From contig NZ_CP064923.1 in the NCBI RefSeq assembly GCF_018336915.1, positions 1,346,701-1,370,700 of the forward strand: a stretch of 24,000 nt of DNA. Reading direction: 5' to 3'. The notes beneath the pieces were generated by a model, which saw only the letters and a program-made list of their open reading frames with translations, was not told where the DNA came from and did not search any database. Below are positions 19,524 to 24,000 of this stretch, one piece after another. This DNA is from Acaryochloris marina S15 (GTDB lineage Bacteria > Cyanobacteriota > Cyanobacteriia > Thermosynechococcales > Thermosynechococcaceae). Every line of letters starts with the position of its first letter. Position 1 is the stretch's first letter. The position numbers and the translations under genes were made by a program.

Positions 19524-21029
19524 ATGGAGATTTACTGTACCCGCCCGAATTGTCAGCGCCCGAATAACTATTTTGCTGACCTGGATGATCCTCAGGCTCT
19601 CAAAGCTGTACAGCAAAAGTTTTGCTTAAGCTGTGGAATGCCGTTGATCCTTATTGGTCGATATTTACCGTCGCGACTGCTGGCAAAGGGTGGATTTGGA
19701 GCGGCGTATCTAGCTTGCGATCGCTACACGCCAGGCTTACGGGATTGTGTGGTGAAGCAATTTCAGCCCACGGGTTTAGGGCCTAGCCAGATGCAAATGG
19801 CCCAAAGCTTATTTCAGCGAGAAGCCGAAGTCCTGGAAAAATTGGGTCGGCATCCGCAAATTCCGGATCTATTTGCTTTTTTTGAGTTACCGGTCTCTGG
19901 GCGAGGATCACAACCCGCTGAAGATTTTTTCTATTTGGCCCAAGAATTTATTGATGGCAAAACTCTTGAAGAAGAGTTAGACGACAAAACTCAGTTTAAG
20001 GAAAAGGAAATCCTGGAACTGCTGGCAGAAATTCTGCCTGTTCTCCAGTTTGTCCATGAGAATGGCTCGATTCATCGGGATATTAAGCCTTCGAATATCA
20101 TGCGCCATACCCATACCAATATGACCCAAACGGGAAATGGGTTGCTGTATCTCCTGGATTTTGGGGCCGTGAAGCAGGTCGCCAATGTGGCAGCCCCTAC
20201 CCCCAGCAAGGCCACCAGTATCTATACCCCCTTCTATGCTCCACCGGAGCAAACCCATGGTAATCAGGTGTTTCCCTCGTCCGATTTATACGCGTTGGCC
20301 GTCACCTGTATTGTGCTGTTAACGGGTAAAGCCCCCAACGACTTGTTCGATACGTCCCACAATCAGTGGAACTGGCGACCCCATGCTCAGGTGAGCGATC
20401 GTTTGGCTCTGATTTTGGACCGGATATTAGAGACTTCACCCCAAAAACGATTTCAGTCTGCTGCCGAAATTCTGGTGCAGTTGGGTCAACCCCGTTCCAG
20501 TCTGGGGCAGCCACTTAACTATAGTCAGCCCGCACCCCAATCTCCATCCCCACCCGCTCCTGTGTCGCCAGCTCCTGCCAGTCCTGTACCTCAGGCAGCC
20601 AGTCCTGTACCTCAAGCTCCTGTGCCTCAGGCGGCTAGTCCTGCTATCCCGACCCCCGTGCGTGTCAAGACACCACCACCTCCTTTTTCGCTAGTTCGCA
20701 TGTTAGGGGGAGCTGCTTTCACGGGGTTTGAAGGAGGCGTATTGGCAGTGGCACTGACGAGCTTTTTGGGTACAACCCTGATCAGCGGTGGTTTTTGGAT
20801 AGGCCTAGTGGCTGTTTTGGTCTATTGTCAATTGCAGCAATGGATTGAGCGGGTTGATTTGGCCATTATTGCCGTGCTTACCTTGGTGATTATCTTCTTT
20901 GTCCCAGCGCTTCAAGGCGGTAACCCCATTCAATCTATTTTGTTGCTGGGGGTTGTATCGGGTTTAGTGTTGATGACCCTGAGCCTAGTGTTTCGACTGA
21001 TTTATGGTGTTTTATCTCAGTTCCTTTGA
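19524..21029 (+). CDS. Membrane-anchored Ser/Thr protein kinase with an N-terminal 4-Cys zinc ribbon
   Basis: The N-terminus has CTRPNC...CLSCG (CxxxxC-x25-CxxC). Kinase motifs are GGFGAAYLA, VVKQF, HRDIKPSNIM, DFG and APPE. A Pro-rich linker and about four C-terminal TM helices follow. Confidence 0.9.
   Translation: MEIYCTRPNCQRPNNYFADLDDPQALKAVQQKFCLSCGMPLILIGRYLPSRLLAKGGFGAAYLACDRYTPGLRDCVVKQFQPTGLGPSQMQMAQSLFQREAEVLEKLGRHPQIPDLFAFFELPVSGRGSQPAEDFFYLAQEFIDGKTLEEELDDKTQFKEKEILELLAEILPVLQFVHENGSIHRDIKPSNIMRHTHTNMTQTGNGLLYLLDFGAVKQVANVAAPTPSKATSIYTPFYAPPEQTHGNQVFPSSDLYALAVTCIVLLTGKAPNDLFDTSHNQWNWRPHAQVSDRLALILDRILETSPQKRFQSAAEILVQLGQPRSSLGQPLNYSQPAPQSPSPPAPVSPAPASPVPQAASPVPQAPVPQAASPAIPTPVRVKTPPPPFSLVRMLGGAAFTGFEGGVLAVALTSFLGTTLISGGFWIGLVAVLVYCQLQQWIERVDLAIIAVLTLVIIFFVPALQGGNPIQSILLLGVVSGLVLMTLSLVFRLIYGVLSQFL
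19717..19724. repeat. HIP1 octamer GCGATCGC
   Basis: Exact palindrome inside the Ser/Thr kinase gene. Confidence 0.95.
20577..20645 (+). repeat. Imperfect 21-bp tandem repeat encoding (A)SPVPQA units
   Basis: gccagtcctgtacctcaggca (20577-20597) is followed by gccagtcctgtacctcaagct (20598-20618) and a degenerate third unit, cctgtgcctcaggcggctagtcctgct. It lies inside the kinase Pro-rich linker. Confidence 0.8.
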
Positions 21030-21041
21030 TTGTTTAGCCCC

Positions 21042-22151
21042 ATGAGTGATCCTCTACCCCCCGGTTTGTCCCCTTGGGTTGTCGCAGAACAATTCAAACC
21101 TGCAGGGACCGTCGTTGATATCCAAGAATTTGGTCAAGGCAATATCAACAGTACGTTTCTGGTGACCTTAGATGCTGCGACGGACCAACGGTTTATTCTG
21201 CAGCGAATTAATACCCAGGTGTTTCAGCAGCCTCAATTGGTGATGCGGAATATTCGCACCTATTCGGAGCATGTTTGCCAACGACTACAAACAGATGGCT
21301 GTCAAAGACGTTGGGAAGTGCCCCAAGTCTTTCTTACCCAAGACCGTCAGGACCATTGGGTCAGTCCGAATGGTGACTTTTGGCGGGCCATGAGTTTTGT
21401 GGAAACGGCCCAAGCTCTCCAGGAAATCACGACCCCTGATCAGGCGGAAGAGGTGGGCTATGCCTTGGGTATGTTTCACCATCTAATTAGCGATCTACCG
21501 GCGGAGCAGTTGGCGGATACCCTGGAGGGCTTTCATATTACCCCTCAATATTTACAGCAGTTTGAGCAGGTGCAGGATACTCAGGTTGAGTTGACGCCTG
21601 AAGTGGAATATTGTCTGCAATTTGTGTGCGATCGCAAACAAGATACCAATATTCTCGAAACGGCTAAAGCGGAGGGCAAACTCCGCATCCGTCTAATGCA
21701 TGGCGATCCTAAGATCAACAACATCTTGATGGATACAGAGACCCAGCAGGCGGTGAGTGTGATCGATCTCGATACGGTGAAACCTGGGTTGATTCACTAC
21801 GACATTGGTGACTGTCTGCGGTCGGGCTGTAACCCCTTGGGAGAAGAAACGGAACAGTGGGAAATGGTGCAGTTTGATCTCAAGATGTGCCAGCGGATTC
21901 TACAAGGATATTTGGCGGTCGCTCAGTCTTTCCTGACAGACGATGATTATGACTACCTTTATGATGCCATCCGCCTGATTGCCTTTGAACTAGGGCTGCG
22001 CTTCTTTACGGACTACCTTGCAGGCAATGTTTATTTCAAGGTCAACCATCCAGACCATAATCTCAACCGCGCCTTAGTTCAGTTCAAACTGACGGAGAGT
22101 ATCGAAGCCCAATCCGAAGCGATTCAAGCCCTGATCCAATCCTTGCGATGA
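21042..22151 (+). CDS. APH-fold (aminoglycoside phosphotransferase family) small-molecule kinase, possibly a sugar kinase
   Basis: QGNINSTFLV (nucleotide-loop region), the Brenner-type catalytic motif MHGDPKINNIL and the metal-binding VIDLDT. It resembles N-acetylhexosamine-kinase-like APH members. I prefer the ATG at 21042 to the track's TTG at 21030. Confidence 0.75.
   Translation: MSDPLPPGLSPWVVAEQFKPAGTVVDIQEFGQGNINSTFLVTLDAATDQRFILQRINTQVFQQPQLVMRNIRTYSEHVCQRLQTDGCQRRWEVPQVFLTQDRQDHWVSPNGDFWRAMSFVETAQALQEITTPDQAEEVGYALGMFHHLISDLPAEQLADTLEGFHITPQYLQQFEQVQDTQVELTPEVEYCLQFVCDRKQDTNILETAKAEGKLRIRLMHGDPKINNILMDTETQQAVSVIDLDTVKPGLIHYDIGDCLRSGCNPLGEETEQWEMVQFDLKMCQRILQGYLAVAQSFLTDDDYDYLYDAIRLIAFELGLRFFTDYLAGNVYFKVNHPDHNLNRALVQFKLTESIEAQSEAIQALIQSLR
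21628..21635. repeat. HIP1 octamer GCGATCGC
   Basis: Exact palindrome inside the APH-fold kinase gene. Confidence 0.95.
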
Positions 22152-22672
22152 CTGCCTTTACCCTTCAGCCCTTTGGCGAACCCCACCCCGAGATCACAAT
22201 TGCAGGCACCTTAGAGCGAGAGGGGCATCAACTTGCGATCTCATACACAGTTTCCGGCAACTTAAATCAGGTAATCGTTCCCCCGCCGTCGTCACCGACT
22301 CGCCAATTTGATCTGTGGGAAGCGACCTGTCTGGAATTTTTCCTAGGGCAGCCTCACCAGCCCAATTATTGGGAGTTTAATCTTTCCCCCGCCGGAGATT
22401 GGAATGCCTTTCACCTTGAGGCTTACCGCCAAGGCTTACAGGAAGTTGAGGCGATCAAGGCGCTGCCGTTCCAAGTTCATCACCAGCAGACCGCCCTCAC
22501 TTTGTCTTTAACCTTTGATCTCAACCAAATTATGGCTACTTCCCCTGCTTTAGACGTGGGGATTTGTGCGGTGATTCAATCTCCTGACCTGCCCCTGACC
22601 TACTGGGCATTATGCCATCCAGGATCTGAGGCTGATTTTCATCAACGGGATAGTTTTATTCTGGTGCTCTAA
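22148..22672 (+). CDS. DOMON-like / CBM9-like domain protein (hypothetical)
   Basis: 174 aa. LWEATCLEFFLGQPHQPNYWEFNLSPAGDWNAFHLEAYRQG resembles the conserved core of 'DOMON-like domain-containing' proteins as I recall them. The start overlaps the stop of the upstream kinase (ATGA at 22148-22151). Confidence 0.5.
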   Translation: MTAFTLQPFGEPHPEITIAGTLEREGHQLAISYTVSGNLNQVIVPPPSSPTRQFDLWEATCLEFFLGQPHQPNYWEFNLSPAGDWNAFHLEAYRQGLQEVEAIKALPFQVHHQQTALTLSLTFDLNQIMATSPALDVGICAVIQSPDLPLTYWALCHPGSEADFHQRDSFILVL

Positions 22673-22870
22673 CCTCTGACTGGTGGAGAAAGCAGGTGCC
22701 GGTAATCCATTCTCAAAGTATGGATGCCTACAGATGATTTCCCTCTCACACACCTGAGAGTCACAAACTTACGAGTTTTTACGGTGGCAACAGACTGCTT
22801 TGCGCTTTTACCTTAAGACTAATGCCAATAATGGTCGTCCATTCGCCGTTCTTCTTCTAAACCAGAAATT

Positions 22871-23437
22871 ATGAATGTACAAGCTCCAACACCGCCAATA
22901 GTGGTGACCCAAGATTGTCACGTGTTGATGATTGAAGAAGAAGAAGGGGTTCGCTGTGTATTATTAGAGTCCCCCACCTATTCTCTAGGGCGAGATAAGA
23001 AAAATTCCATTGTGTTGCCTGCGTCCAAAGCAGTATCTCGTTTTCATGCCATGCTGTTGCGTATCCCTGGTGCCAATAGTTCTGGCTATAGCTACCGAAT
23101 TGTCGATGGAGATGCAACGGGTAAGCTCAGCACCAATGGTGTCGTCGTCAATGGTGAACGTACAACCTCTCATACCTTGGTCGAAGGGGATGCCGTTATG
23201 TTGGGCAATGTTAAAGCGTCCTATCGCTTAATGACCTTGTCTCCTTCAGGACTGAACCAGGTGAGTGTCGAAGGATTAGATATTCGCAGTACCCTGCCCC
23301 ATGTTTTCAATCCCCACGCCACTCTGACCAGAGAACATGCTGTTCCATCGGGCATGAATAATACAATGCCCCCGATCGAAGAAGATTTACCGCCCACCAT
23401 GTTTTTTAAGAAAGCCCCCAAGAAAACAGCACCTTAA
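22871..23437 (+). CDS. FHA domain-containing protein
   Basis: The FHA core is YSLGRDKKNSIVLPASKAVSRFHAMLLR...STNGVVVNGERTTSHTLVEGDAVMLGN. It is followed by a low-complexity tail. Confidence 0.85.
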   Translation: MNVQAPTPPIVVTQDCHVLMIEEEEGVRCVLLESPTYSLGRDKKNSIVLPASKAVSRFHAMLLRIPGANSSGYSYRIVDGDATGKLSTNGVVVNGERTTSHTLVEGDAVMLGNVKASYRLMTLSPSGLNQVSVEGLDIRSTLPHVFNPHATLTREHAVPSGMNNTMPPIEEDLPPTMFFKKAPKKTAP

Positions 23438-23459
23438 TGGTGGCCTATAGCCTGAGAGG

Positions 23460-24000
23460 CTATGATCCTTGGCATACGGATAACTGTTCCTGGGGATGAC
23501 TGTCTAAATAATCAGCCAGCCAATGGCAGCCTCGCTGTAATAAGGCATCCAAATGTTCTTGAGGAGTCTCAGACAGTTGCCAAGTCTGAACGGTTCCATC
23601 ATTGGCGACGGACGTCAATTGCTGACCCTTACTGTCAAAGCTGAGATCTTGGATCACCGTAGCGTGACCATCAAATTCCATTTGTAGGTTTCCTTGTAAG
23701 TCCCAAATTTGGATATTGCCATCTGTTGAGCCGGTGGCGATGCGTTGGCCATCAGGACTAAAACGGAGACGATACACAGAGCTTGGATAATTGCGAAAAG
23801 AAGTGAGCAGTTGGCCCTGTCGTGTCCAGAGACGAATTTGACCATCTTCCGATGCGGTGGCGAGGGTCTGGCCATCGGGACTAAAGTGACCGTCATACAC
23901 TGCCCCTTGGTGATCGGGCAGTTGAGCTATCAGATCCCCTGTTAGGGTCCATAATCGGGCAGTACCGTCCTCAGAGGTGGTTAAGAGGTGTCGAGCATCG
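23460..24000 (-). CDS. WD40-repeat protein, C-terminal part; the N-terminus lies beyond the right edge
   Basis: It has repeated FSPDGQ...A(T)xSxDGxIxxW units. The frame stays open upstream of the track's GTG at 23900 through to position 24000 (...DARHLLTTSEDGTARLWTLTGDLIAQLPDHQGAVYDGHFSPDGQ). The C-terminal LDALLQRGCHWLADYL tail is common in large cyanobacterial WD40/STAND proteins. Confidence 0.85.
   Translation of the reverse strand, partial: DARHLLTTSEDGTARLWTLTGDLIAQLPDHQGAVYDGHFSPDGQTLATASEDGQIRLWTRQGQLLTSFRNYPSSVYRLRFSPDGQRIATGSTDGNIQIWDLQGNLQMEFDGHATVIQDLSFDSKGQQLTSVANDGTVQTWQLSETPQEHLDALLQRGCHWLADYLDSHPQEQLSVCQGS

Noticed and set aside
23447-23463. 6-bp hairpin (atagcc-tgaga-ggctat) between the convergent FHA and WD40 genes, as a possible bidirectional terminator
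   Set aside because: The stem is short and A/T-containing, there is no flanking U/A tract, and it overlaps the WD40 stop codon. The support is too weak to call.

Overview
The window reads as ordinary cyanobacterial chromosome, not an accessory island. The taxonomic call rests on eight copies of the HIP1 octamer GCGATCGC (about 0.4 expected by chance), the divergent ctaAB / ctaCDE respiratory locus, petH and an rbcR/ycf30-type LysR regulator. I call 23 protein-coding genes. Left to right they are: an MFS transporter (partial), recO, deoC, a TraB/GumN lipoprotein, petH, a DUF4870-like membrane protein, and a possible zinc-ribbon mini-protein. Next come a PGM1-like ATP-grasp ligase, a membrane/coiled-coil hypothetical, an ABC-2 exporter pair, ctaB, ctaA, ctaC, ctaD, ctaE, nadC and rbcR. 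The right end holds a membrane Ser/Thr kinase with a 4-Cys zinc ribbon, an APH-fold kinase, a DOMON-like protein, an FHA protein and a WD40 protein (partial). I found no rRNA, tRNA, CRISPR array, transposase, integrase or recognisable defence system. The most unusual items are: (1) petH carries a Cys-rich N-terminal module that does not look like the usual CpcD domain, plus an insertion in the NADP domain. (2) An uncharacterised PGM1-like ATP-grasp peptide-ligase homologue is flanked by small ORFs that could be partners or substrates. (3) A signalling cluster links the kinase, a translationally coupled APH-like kinase/DOMON-like pair, FHA and WD40 genes. (4) CtaC contains Met/His-rich segments. 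All functional calls come from motif recognition by eye; no database search was possible.
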